Assembly: GCA_043228905.1 (NCBI GenBank) | Contig: JBHGNT010000002.1 | Location: forward strand, 3,534,001-3,598,000 | Direction of reading: 5' to 3' | Length of the DNA stretch: 64,000 nucleotides | From: Azolla caroliniana | Taxonomy: Eukaryota > Plantae > Polypodiophyta | In this document: piece after piece, positions 11,601 to 23,850 of the stretch | Layout: every line of letters begins with the position of its first letter | Numbering within the stretch: the first letter of the stretch is position 1 | Made by a program: the position numbers and the translations under genes | The notes under the pieces: generated by a model | Seen by the model: the letters and a program-made list of their open reading frames with translations, nothing else | Database searches by the model: none | What the model was told of the DNA's origin: nothing

Positions 11601-13196
11601 CATCAGAGTGTATAAGGTCGAGCTTGTTCCGGCTCCGGTTTCGCTCGTTGGGGAAGGGAAGTCGGTGTTGCTTCCCGAGCTGGCAGGCTTCACAAATTTA
11701 TGCCTTTCAGCCACTAAATTTGGGCAATCCGAACACTACCTGTTTCGATTGCAGATCTTGAAGCTGTTGGTGGTTGACGTGGCCTATCCGCTTGTGCCAC
11801 AAGTCGATGTCTGACTCGGTTTTTTGTCCCTTCGCGAACATTGTGGTGCCGCCGTCAGTGGAGTCGAGTATGAACATCCTCCCGTCTTTGCGCCCTTGCG
11901 CAATCACACAACCTTCTTCCTCAATGAAGCACCCGAGGTGTGTAAACCGAACCTCCATCCCTTGGTCGACGATCTGTCCGACCGAGACCAAGTTCTTCGT
12001 GATTGTCGGAACGTGCAACACGTTCATGAGTTTCCCTTTCTGCCCGACATGGCTAAGGGGAACTTCTCCGACATTCGCGATCGGATGCAGAGTGTCGTCT
12101 CCAGTTGCGACTACTCCAGGTTGTATCGGTTTTTCAAGGTACGAGAACCACTCCTTATGGCTCGTCATGTGGTTTGATGCGCCGGAGTCTACGTACCACA
12201 CCTCGTCCGATCTCGGGGTGCTCTGTTTCATTGAGTTTGCTTCGTGTCTCGTCACGAAGACAGACCCTTCTCCGACTCTCCCGGAGTCTTTGGCGTAGTG
12301 CGATCGTTGCCGATTTCCCTTGTCGGTATGTCCAGAGCCGTTTCCGGAACCGGTTCTCTCCAAATCGGCGCGCTTCTTCCAACACTCGCTTTCCCTGTGG
12401 CCTTTCTTGCCATAGTACCAGCACTCCGCGATGGCCTTCCCTTGCCGGTTCTCATCGCTTCGACTCCCCCTGTTTCCGGAGGGTCCGGAGTTGCTGTCGG
12501 CATCACTTCGGTGCCTTCTTCCTTGATCTCGTCGGCCGCCTCCATTGCGCGCCGACTCGCCTCGTCCTCCATGTCCACGAGGCCTTTCTCCCTCCGTGTA
12601 CAACATTCTGCTGTCGATGTGCGTGCTTGTAGACGCACCGGCGTGGTTCTCCTCTACCAGGAGCATTGACTGTAAGTCGAAAAAGGACGACGTATTCTCC
12701 CGGGTACACACAGCCGTTCGGAACGCTCCGAACTTCGACGCCAAACCTCCGAGACAGATCTGGACCATCTCGCTCTCCTCGATGTTTACCTCTATGGAGC
12801 GAGGGAGTCGTAGATATCCTTGATCTTCGAGGTATAGTCCGCCACCGACAAGTCGCGTTGTCGTAGGTTGCTCAACTCCTATCGGAGCTGAAGCTTCCTG
12901 GCTGTGGTGCTCGCGGCGAAAATCTTCTTCAGATTTTCCCACACACCCTTCGATGTCTTTGCATCCCTGACATAGCTCAATAGCTGTTCGCCCACACACG
13001 ACGTGAAGCAGTATAATACCCTGCTCGCCGATTGCTCCCACGACGGGAAGTCTGTGTGTGTCGATTCGGGTGCCGCGTCATTAGCTCCTTCGACATAACT
13101 CCAGTAGCCGTGCCCGAGCAGGTACTGGTGCATCTTGTAGGACCAAGACGCATAGTTGGTTCTGTCTCGCTTCTCTGTTGGAAGCGAGCTCGCCAT
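8634..13196 (-). pseudogene. Copia gag-pol polyprotein (disrupted)
   Basis: ORFs 12879-13208, 11707-13041, 9283-11181, 9123-9380 and 8634-9119 carry the domains in copia order. Confidence 0.93.
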
Positions 13197-13691
13197 GCCT
13201 CTATCCATCGTTCTTCTTCGTCAAGCTGTGTCGGCTGCAAAGAGGTTCTCAACCCTCGCGCTCTGATACCATGTAAAAAGTAGCGTGCGGAAGCAAGTAT
13301 GAAGTCAGAACAAAAGGAAGGAAACTCAGGTTTAATGGAGAGCTTGAGCTTACGCAATATACGCGGGAGAGACAGAGGGAGTGAGAGAGAAGTCACAAAA
13401 ATATATAACAGAAGTACACAATCTCTATTCACCTCACTCTATACATATGTGTGTTCCATGAACACTTTTATACAAGTCCTCGAAGGACTGACCGAAGTAT
13501 TGACCGTACTTCAATGCTCTTTAAGAGCTCCTACACTAACTCCCAAATATATTCCTCACGAAATATCTTTCCTAACGACCTCCCGGTTTACACACTCGGC
13601 CTAACCGATCGGTCCCAACCGATCGGTCCCAACCGATCCGGTCCTCGGCTTCTTCAGCCGATCCGGCCGATGTTGAGCTTGTCTCTCAACA

Positions 13692-15938
13692 ATTGTGATG
13701 ATGAACCCAGCTTTTTTCTTAGGCATTGTCGGGGGTCGGGGATGCACGAACCCATACTCATGGAGCACATGAGCCACTTCTTGGAACAAGGCGTCGTCAC
13801 CGCCCTGTGTCCGGGACATTTGGCTGGCGAGGGAATACTTGCCGAAGAACTTCGTCAGTGTCTCTGGGGAAGGATTCTCAATAGGGTAGATCCCTCCCTC
13901 CGGTAATCCGATTAAGGCATGGATAGCCCCCTCTGTTATTTCCTCCAGGTTGATCTTCTTTGCACCCTTTTCCGGTTCGTCGTGGGGATATGCTTCTGCT
14001 ATCCAGAGAAAACCCTCCAATCCATTTTGTGTAAACCATTTCTTGGTAGTCTCGGAGAGTGCCATGGGCTCTAGTGTGGCGTCTGCTTCGGTGGTGGTGG
14101 TAACTTTTGGGGTGCCTGCGTAGCTTCTTGCGTTTGCCTGATCACCTGTATCCAATTTTGTGTGCTAAGTGCTCTGTGTTCGCGAAATGAGAGAGACTCT
14201 GTAATGCGGATGTTTTGTGTTCCATCTTTGCCGTCTTTTCTCGATTCCCCCGAATGCACGTCGTGTACTATTATAGAAGTTGTACGCCGTGTGGTGCCCT
14301 TTAAATGCCTGACGTCACGCTTTTTCCTGGTGTCCGTTCATTTACTACTACTCTCTCTCTCTCTCTCTCTCTCTCTTAGGACACATGTTATTCCTTTTCC
14401 ATCGTATCTGGCAACACCGGATCCGTGGTAGGTTCCTCTTGGTTGTCGGCTATCCGAATACCGCTTCTGGTTCCTGCTCCGTCCTCTGGTTGTTTGAACA
14501 GGTTCCGCGACATTGGTCCGTAATACAGTTTTAGTCAGAAACCATTTACCCACTTCTCCAAGATTTCGCCGGCCAACGTTCCTAGCTGATACAACCCTTT
14601 GAACTCACGCGTTATCCAGTAGGGTTTGGTCCACCGGAACCGTAACTTTCCCGGCATCTTGCCCATCCGGGTCTGAAATACCAGAACCGGCTTGTCGATT
14701 CCAAACATTTTCTCATTTCCCTTCCGGTGCTGGTCGACGAACGCTTTCTGTCGTCGTTGCTGGAGCTCTAACTGCAGAATGCTAGCTATCCGGTGCTCTT
14801 CTAGTTCGCACAATGTTGCTAGCTGGATTTTTTCCGATTTCTTCTCACTTAACCTTTCCCAAACTTGAATCCACAAACTTGGAATTTGAAACTCCATCGG
14901 CATTACTGCTTCCAATCCGAAAGCTAACCAGAACGGTGTTGTCCGGATACTCGTCTTGTAAGCAGTCTGGTAAGCCCATAGTGCACTCTACAGCTTCGTG
15001 TCCCAGTCAGTCCGGTTTTCATTGACTATTTTCCGAAGGATGTTCTGCAAGGTCTTGTTGGTGGATTCGACCAATCTGTTGGTCTACGGATAATATGGTG
15101 TGCTTTGCTTGTGCACCACCGCATAAAATGACGTTAAACTCTCCACTACTTGTCCGAGGAAGTGTCCGCCTTGATCACTGATTAGTTCGATCGGACATCC
15201 GTACCGGCACCAGATGTACTCATATAGGAACTTGGTTGTTGATGCCGTGGTATTGTACCGGAGTGCCTTTGTTTTGTTGCAATCGGAGTGACTCCTCCGG
15301 GACCTGCCGAATCACTCTGGAAAAAGATCGATCCGACTAGATCTCCTCCGCCACTTGCTAGTAAGCCTCTCGCTTCCGTAGTCTCTCGGCTAGTCTTTTT
15401 GCTCGTTCGGCGACTGGGTCGTTCGTTGGCCTAGTCATCCATTCCCCCGTTGTTCACTGCTTTCTACAGGAATCGTGGTCGCCAAAACTGCGTTAATCCT
15501 GGGCTGGACAAGCCACTAACACAGGGTGTCCTTTCGGAACACTTCCCCAAAGGGGTGGTATGGTAAGGAATGGGAAGACCGTGACACAAAACCGTCCCTC
15601 TCCGATTGTTATCCGATTGATTAGTTACACGCGTAGAATCAACATCATTAAGCACAGAATGGAAATAATAGGATAGACATGATATGAAAATAGTAGCACT
15701 TCTCTATTAATTATTCATCCCCGGTTACATCATATCCGGATCCTTTTATAGGTATCCACCTATGTTACAAACCGGTGCCAACCGACAACCGGCTACGAAC
15801 TGGTCCGGATCTGGATCGGCACACCGATTTCGGGTCCGTCCGTTCGATCTTATAATTATAATAATTAATTCTTATTACAACTCCCTTTATCCTAAAACTG
15901 GCTCCCCTTTAATACTTTGGCCTAACCGGCCAACAACA
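13692..15938 (-). mobile_element. Athila/Tat-like Ty3/gypsy fragment: 5' LTR 15489-15938, tRNA-Arg-type PBS, gag start fused by deletion to integrase, then an extra 3' ORF
   Basis: LTR TGTTG…ACGCA. PBS TGGCGACCACG at ~15474-15484 (minus). Integrase motifs ISDQGGHF, STPYYP, ALWAYQTAYKT and GKLRFRW…VNGF. The extra ORF 13692-14155 is cut by the copia LTR. Confidence 0.75.
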
Positions 15939-18900
15939 TGTACCCGGTTACTGAATTGTGCGTAGTTCGGTGTGCCCATAACGCATAAGGAAGTAGTCTC
16001 GGCTAGTTCTAGACCTGTCCGTCGCATGCTTGCACCAATGCTTTCACGATCGGCTCATGCCCGCGCTCGATTTTCCCATTGGCTTCCGGATTGTAAGCTG
16101 TAGTGAGAGAGAGCTTTATCCCTAGCCGATCAAACATCTCCTCAGCTTCTTGCGAGTCCAGCTCTCCTCGATTGGCCATGATCTTACCCACACACCCGTA
16201 CCGGAAAATCACATCCTCGATCAGGAACCAACATACAACTGCGGTCATCTTGTTCGTCAATGCTCGGCCTTCCACCTGGTTTGTCAAGTTTTCTCTAGTG
16301 AGGACCAGGTACCTCATCTACCCCACCCCTATCGGCATCGTCAACATGTCGACCATCCACTTGAAATGAATGGCCGTCGGGTAAGTCGTGTAACTTGTCT
16401 CGGTGCCGGACTCCGGAATGCACTTGGCAACTCTCGCATGTCGTTACAAAATCGTGGACGTCGTGATACATCCCTGATCACCAATACTTCTCCTTTAATT
16501 TCTTGAATGTGGCCCATGTGCCCCGGTGTCCGGACCAGGGGCTCTCGTGGAAATCCGACACGAGCACCGGTTGTTCTTCCTTCTTTGCCACCACCTGGAG
16601 CGGTGTGCCGGTCGGTCTCTTCAGTTGCTTCCATATCTTACCGTTATGTAGGAAGAACCAGTAAGCCTTCCTCCAGATCTAGCTCGTTTCTTCCTTCGTC
16701 CTTGTTGCGTCTTGCGTCAACGTTCTTAGGAACCACCCGATTGGAAGCCACTCCCCATCGTAGTCGGTTTCGCCAAGACCGGAGTGCCCAATCTATTCAC
16801 CCTTAGTCGGGTCGACTCGAAGAAGTCCTTGCCGACTTCTTCATCTTCAGACATCATGCCGTCCTCATTGTCGAACCACGCTTTCGAAAGCATATCGGCC
16901 ATGGCGTTTTCCTTTCCGGAGATGTGTGTATCTCCGGATTGAGGGACTTTACGTACACGATCCACTTGAGCATCGCCAGGTCCGAAGTTGCGCATCCGGA
17001 AACCATGCCGAGAATCAACAAGCAGTCTGTGTCAATGATTACTTCCGCCCCGATCAAGTACTCCTTATCGGCCTTAACCGCCGAAACGATACCCCATAGT
17101 TTGCTTTTAACTTGGGCATATCCTCGCCGCCGCTCGTTCAGTACCTTCGCACCGAACCAAATGGGGAACTGTATGTAGTCCTCGTCTTCCTGATTAACCA
17201 ACCATCCAATTTCGATTGGACTCTTATCCACCGTCATGTAAACCAGTGTTGTGATGTTTCTAACACATAATGTGAAACCACCCTAGAAAAGAAGTAAAAT
17301 AGTAGTTCAAATAAATTAGTATTGTGAAGTCAACTTTATTGGTAGCAAAAATACTTTTTCATTTGCCAAAGATAATTCCTTATAAATAAAAGGTCAAAGG
17401 ATTGAACCTTATTATAAATAATGATGAATATTAAGTTAGAGGCGGTTTTCAAAAGTAGAGAAAAAGATGGGGAGAAAAAAAAGAGCACGCATGGATATGA
17501 GGAGCATAGTAGAGAAAGAAGCTCATAATTTCCTTTTTAGATTTCCAAATTAGAAATGAAAATATGCATGAGACAGCTAACCCAAAGAGCTTTCCAAGAA
17601 TATCTTCCATCTGAAATTTAGGCCTAGAAAACAGAAATAGTGAGGAAATGAAAAGTAGACTATATAGACAAGCTTTTTTTTAGGGGAAAAAGGCAAGCAA
17701 TCCTAAACCTATAAATAAGACCCTATTCTAGTGAAGAAGGGGGGGGGGAGGGAGACAGAATGCGGAAGCTCTACTCAATTGGAAGGAAAAAGAAGAAGGA
17801 TCAACAACATCGAGAGGCATCATCAACAAAGAATCACCTTCTTTTATATTCCACTCTCTTCTTTCCTCCGCCTCTCTTCTCCCTTCCTTTATAAATTATC
17901 TCTCATATTCATATCAAATCCGTTGTAAAATTGATTCTTATTTTATAAAAGAATATATTATATTGCAATAAAATAATGTTTGGTTTCACCTACGTATCTT
18001 ATATGTTATCGTCATTTTTGCTTATTTGTTTGTGTGTCTTGTGACAAGGGAGCATTTCGGGCTTGCCCATGCACCTCTCCTTTCACAAAGGCATTCAAAC
18101 TTTCGTGTCTTGCGTGTTAGTGTAAATCTTGCTTGTGTGTTCGTGTGACTTGTGGCAAGGGAGCGTTCGGGCTTTGCCCATGCACCTCTCTTTTTACAAA
18201 GGCATTCGAAACATTGTCTCTCGTGTGTGTAAGTAAGCCTTTTCCTTGTATGTTCGTGTGTAAGCCTTCCTCACGTGCATTCGTTCGCTCCGCACATAGT
18301 GACGCATTTTCACAACATAATAAAGTGGTGAACCCGACGTGAAGAGGTGGTAGGAAGGATCAAGTGCTTGAAATGGAAGGTTAGAAGATGGCTTCTTCGA
18401 CAAACACCCAAGCTTACGAAGTGGCAAAGTTGGTGGCTATTGTTGAGCATATGATGAGACCTCGAGATAATGATGCAAGCTTAGACAAGGCCATTGACCG
18501 AACCGTTGAGATAGCGGGCCAATTTGGTGGAAGAAACATTACGGATTTTCTTGCTACATACAATATGGAGATGCAACAACGTGATGTCATCGAAGAGAAG
18601 CAAATATCAAGCTTCAAGTGTGTTGTAGCAATTGGGTTACAAGGACGTATAAGGGAGATTCAAGCTGCCCAAACAACATGGGTGGGATTTGAAAGGGCGT
18701 TTTGGCTGAATATATGCTTGAAGATGCATCGAGGATGACTCGTCAGACGTTGATGAAGTGGATTGAGAAGAAGGGGAAGAACATGAACACATTGGGAGTG
18801 TACACCGAATTTGACCAAATGTACAACCGTCTCCCAAGAATTGACCAAACACTTCTTGAAGGAGATAAAGTTTTGTACTTCTTAAAGGCGGTGGATGCAA

Positions 18901-20553
18901 AAGATAGACGAGAACTAGGTAGTCTATTAGAGGACGGAGCACAACCCAATGGTCTCATAACGTATTGGGTTGTGGTAAGAAGAGAATGTGATCAATTTGA
19001 CAAACGTTATCGATGGTTAGATGATTCCGACATGGCGGGCCCGATAGTCCAAAGAAGGAAGGCTCCAATAGCAACTGAGATGACAAAGCAAAACGAGCTA
19101 ACCAAAAGAGCGATGGAGAACTCAGTCATTGAAGAGTTGGCATGAAAATTCCAAGAGGTTTCGTTAGCTAATATGAGTTGTAGAGGGCCGAAGGGGAAAG
19201 ACCCATATAGATGTGTATGGTGTGATAGTGTTGATCATGCAAGGAAAGATTGTGCTAGCCTTCAAGAGGCAATTCGACAAAACCTCGTCTACATGGAAGG
19301 CAACATTATACACTCAAGTGAGACTCGAAAGCCCTTGCAAGTGAATTTTGGTAGGGGGGTCTAAAGAAAATCATGGATGAGGCCGATGTGAGCCACGTTG
19401 AAGCTATACAGTATGCCGCATCGGCCGGTATAAGAATCGGGAAGGAGAAGCTTGGAATGATTAAACCGGGAACGGGGTTTTGGCTGACCATCCTCGAATA
19501 CGAACAAAAAGGGAAGATTATTTCAGATGATGCAAAGCTAGCCAACCTTCATGTACGAGACCTTACCGGGTGGGCGGATCCGGTTGATAACAACACGATA
19601 TCCACAGAGGTCATATGCAAAACCCAAGAAGTGTTTGTGAATGAGAAGCGGAAGAGGACGAATCTAGACGAAGGCCCTTCTAAGAAACATGACACAAGAA
19701 GCTTTAAGAAGAAGGAACAGATGATCAAGACCACATGTCAAGAAGATGGTAGCTCAAACAAGAGAGCCGAGGAACCGACTGAACCCATTGAAGAGAATGC
19801 CAAGAAGGGGAAGGATAGATCGACGCCAACATACAAATTACGGTCGGATATTGAACAAACAACTAACTTAAGAAAGGTTCTTGAAGAAAGAGTGCTCGAT
19901 AGCCGTATTGACCTTACATTGAGAGAACTACTTGGAATTGCAAAGAAGGAGCTCCATGAGACCATCGTTGATCTTATCAAACGTAAAAGACAACAAATAG
20001 ATGAGGAAGAGGGAATTTCGACAAAGGTGACAACCAATGCCATAACTATGGCAAGAACGGAAGAGAAAGAAGAAGATCTAGTGGACAATCATTATACATG
20101 ACCCCATTGGGTGAGAGCGACAACGGAAACTCCGGTAAAGATTGGAGAGAAGAAAGAGACGGTTGTGGCTCTTATAGACCACGGATCGGAGATTAACCTC
20201 ATGTCGACGGATTTCTACAAGAAGGGAAGATGACCACCTATCAACATGAACTATCGATGGAAGATTCATGCGGCGACGAAGGCAATGGAAGATCTTTATG
20301 GAGCATGTCCCAACATTCAAGTCACAATCGAGGATGTAGAGATCGACCAACACTTTTTTGTGCAAGATTCGGCTTCCCATTCGGTGATTCTTGGGCAACC
20401 CTACATAACATCATCACGGATGGAGACTAAGGTGTTCGATAGTGGAACAACATTCGCTTGGGTGAAGAGTCTTGATGGTCAAAAGTCGGTTCAATTCTTG
20501 ACAGTGTGAGCTAATCGTGAGAGGAACCGAGATGGCTTTGGAGATGAGACCTT

Positions 20554-20615
20554 GGATTTTTAACACAGACTATTGAAGAATGGGGCAAAGATAGTCTGAG
20601 AAAAAGTAAGTCCCT
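20554..20615 (+). promoter_or_regulatory. Candidate -1 ribosomal frameshift signal (G GAT TTT TAA plus hairpin CAGACTAT/ATAGTCTG)
   Basis: The gag-PR frame stops right after the heptamer. The -1 frame is open into pol ORF 20665. The signal is conserved at 38345. Confidence 0.7.
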
Positions 20616-22912
20616 GAAAAGAAGAAAGAAGCAAGAAGGAAAACTATATTTAGCACCTAATGGTGTGTGTGGGATGAGTACACTCAATGAGAGAGAGAAG
20701 CGACAAGTTCAAAGCTTTGAACATTGGTTAGAAGAACAAGGAATATTAGAAGAAGAAGACAACATATCATGGGTCATGGAGGGAGCCTCATTTAACAATA
20801 CAATCGGTGAAATAGAGAGTATCGTGGACTTGAGCCCTCATGAGCAACATACTATTCATATAAACTCCATCAACATGTATACCGCCATCGACGAATGCAG
20901 ACGAGGGGTTATGGAGGAGTTGGTAAAAGTAAATACAAAATATAAAACAGTAGATAAGAAGGTCAAGCCGATAGTTATTCCTTTACTGGAGGATAGTTGG
21001 CAAAGAATGAAGAAAGTTCCCAAGGATCCAAGTCTCAGAGACCCAAAAGGGATAGACCATACCTTCACCGACGTATCAAGAGGGAAACTCCAAGTCGGGA
21101 AGGATGACTTCCTTCTCCCCGAAGAAGAAGAAAGGTTTCGGCTGATGCTTGAGAGACATGGGAAAGCCTTCGCCTTCTCTCCACAAGAAATCGGATGTGC
21201 CGACTCGAAGATGATAGAGCCGATGGTGTTTAAAGTAGAAGATTATGAGGGTGAGTTCATCAAAATTGGCAAGTAATTAAGCTCTCTTACAAAGGATGAA
21301 TCATGGTCAAAGGAAGACTTCTACGAATTAGGAAGAAGGCCTACAAGTTCTTCCTCAAAGAAGGACATCTATGGAAGTTTCCAAAGAGGAAGAATGGAAC
21401 TCCACTTTGAGTGGTGTGCAAGAAACAAGATCAACAAACACTAATCGTTGAATTTCATGATAGTGTGTGGGAAGGTCATCGAGGTATATGGGCAACTTTT
21501 GGAAAGCTCTAGCGGGGATATAGCCCGATTGTAAAAGCTCTAGCAAAGGCTTGCGATGGGAAGATGGGGGACTGGCCACAATTATTACCATATGCATTGT
21601 GGGATGATAGAACTACACATAGCACGACTACAGGATATATGCTGGTCGAGCTCATATTAGGGCAAAAACCAATAATGCCTATCGAGCAAAGTGTTACCTC
21701 ATGGACGGCTTTGCCATGGCAAGAGGAGATGAGTCGAGAAGACTTGCTAGCTACAAGGATCCAACAATTAGAACGGAGACCCAAAGATGTCGAGTTAATA
21801 ATAGAATGGTTATGTGAGGCTCGATTGAGGAGTAAGGATAATTTTGATAAAAAGCATCGTCTTCATTTAAGAAAAATTGAAGGAGGAGGTTGGGTACTTG
21901 TCTATGATAGCAACCTTGATAATCAGCATGGCACTACTCAAAAGTTCGTGAAACGATGGTTTGGCCCATACGTGGTTAAGGAAATTGAAAACAAGTTAGA
22001 TGGAACTCGACTTGCTTTGCCGATTGTAGGGAAGAGAATAAAGATCTTTAAGAGAAGAGAGACCAAAAATCCTGAAATCGAACCTCTAGACTTGGAGGTT
22101 TAAAATGAATAAGCATAATAGCTAACAATCATTGGCACATACCGGAGGATGTGCAGGTTTGGTGGGGGTGGATGTCGTGATGTTTCTAATACATAATGTG
22201 AAACCACCCTCGAAAAGAAGTAAAATATAGTTCAAATAAATTAGTATTGTGAAGTCAACTTTATTGGTAGCAAAAATACTTTTTCATTTGCCAAAGATAA
22301 TTCCTTATAAATAAACGGTCAAAGGATTGAACCTTATTATAAATAATGATGAATATTAAGTTAGAGGCGGTTTTCAAAAGTAGAGAAAAAGATGGGGAGA
22401 AAAAAAAAGCACGCGTGGATATGAGGAGCACAATAGAGAAAAAACCTCATAATTTCCTCGCCAGATGTCCAAATTAGAAAAGAAAATATTCATAAGAAAG
22501 CTAACCCAAAGAGCTTTCCATGAATATCTTGCATGTGAAATTTGGGGCCAGAAAACAAAAATAGTGAGGAAATGAAAAGTAGACTATATAGACAAGTTTT
22601 TTTTTAGGGGAAAAAGGCAAGCAATCCTAAACCTATAAATAAGACCCTATTCTAGTGAAGAATGGGGGAAAGGGAGACGGAATGTGGAAGCTCTACTCAA
22701 TTGGAAGGAAAAAGAAGAAGGATCAACAACATCGAGAGGCATCATCAACAAAGAATCACCTTCTTTTATATTTCACTCTCTTCTTTCCTCCGCCTCTCTT
22801 CCCCCTTCCTTTATAAATTATCTCTCATATTCATATCAAACCCGTTGTAAAATTGATTCTTATTTTATAAAAGAATCTATTATATTGCAATGAAATAATG
22901 TCTGGTTTCACC

Positions 22913-23850
22913 TACGTATCTTATATGTTATCGTCATATTTGCTTATTTGTTTGTGTGTCTTGTGACAAGGGAGCGTTTCGGGCTTGCTCATGCACCTCT
23001 CCTTTCACAAAGGCATTCAAACTTACGTATCTTATATGTTATTGTCATTTGTGCTTATTTGTTTGTGTGTCTTGTGACAAGGGAGCGTTTCGGGCTTGCT
23101 CATGCACCTCTCCTTTCACAAAGGCATTCAAACTTACGTATCTTATATGTTATTGTCATTTGTGCTTATTTGTTTGTGTGCCTTATGACAAGGGAGCGTT
23201 TCGGGCTTGCCCATGCACATCTCCTTTCACAAAGGCATTCAAACTTACGTGTCTTATATGTTATTGTCATTTGTGCTTATATGTTTGTGTCTTGTGACAA
23301 TGGAGTGTTTCGGGCTTGCCCATGCACCTCTCCTTTCACAAAGGCATTCAAACTTTCGTGTCTTGCGTGTTAGTGTAAATCTTGCTCGTGTGTTCGTGTG
23401 ACTTGTGGCAAGGGAACATTCGGGCTTGCCCATGCACCTCTCCTTTCATAAAGGCATTCGAAATTGTATCTCCCATGTGTAAACCTTGCTTGTGTGTTCG
23501 CGTGTCTTGTAACAAGGGAGCGTTCAGGCTTGCCCATTCACCTCTCTTTTCACAAAGGCATTCGAAACTTTGTCTCTCGTGTGTGTAAGTAAGCCTTTTC
23601 CTTGTGTGTTCGTGTGTAAGACTTCCTCATGTGCATTCATTCGCCTTGTGACTAGGGGTTGGTTCGGACTTGCCCATGCACCTCTCCTTTTCACAAACAC
23701 ATTCAAATACTCGTGCCTTGTGTGTGTAAGCCTTCCTCGTGTGCATTCGTTTGCCTTGTGACTATGGGTTGATTCGGGCTTGCCCATGCACCTCTCCTTT
23801 TCACAAACACGTTCGAATACTCGTGCCTTGTTTGTGTAAGCCTTCCTTGT
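22913..23850 (+). repeat. Tandem repeats inside the 3' LTR (four 111-bp units, then degenerate units with the core CGGGCTTGCCCATGCACCTCTCC)
   Basis: ACTTACGT occurs at 23021, 23132 and 23243. Confidence 0.9.

Larger units (their letters stand above)
7683..13691 (-). mobile_element. Ty1/copia LTR retrotransposon (5' LTR 13272-13691, tRNA-iMet PBS, gag-PR-INT-RT-RH; 3' LTR not in the window)
   Basis: PBS TGGTATCAGAGC at 13260-13271 (minus) and an LTR with TG…CA ends. Protein motifs WYVDSGAS, LWHKRIGH, YKARLVAKG, QMDVKNAFL, LYIDDL, TKHIEVHYHF. Several frameshifts and stops. Confidence 0.95.
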
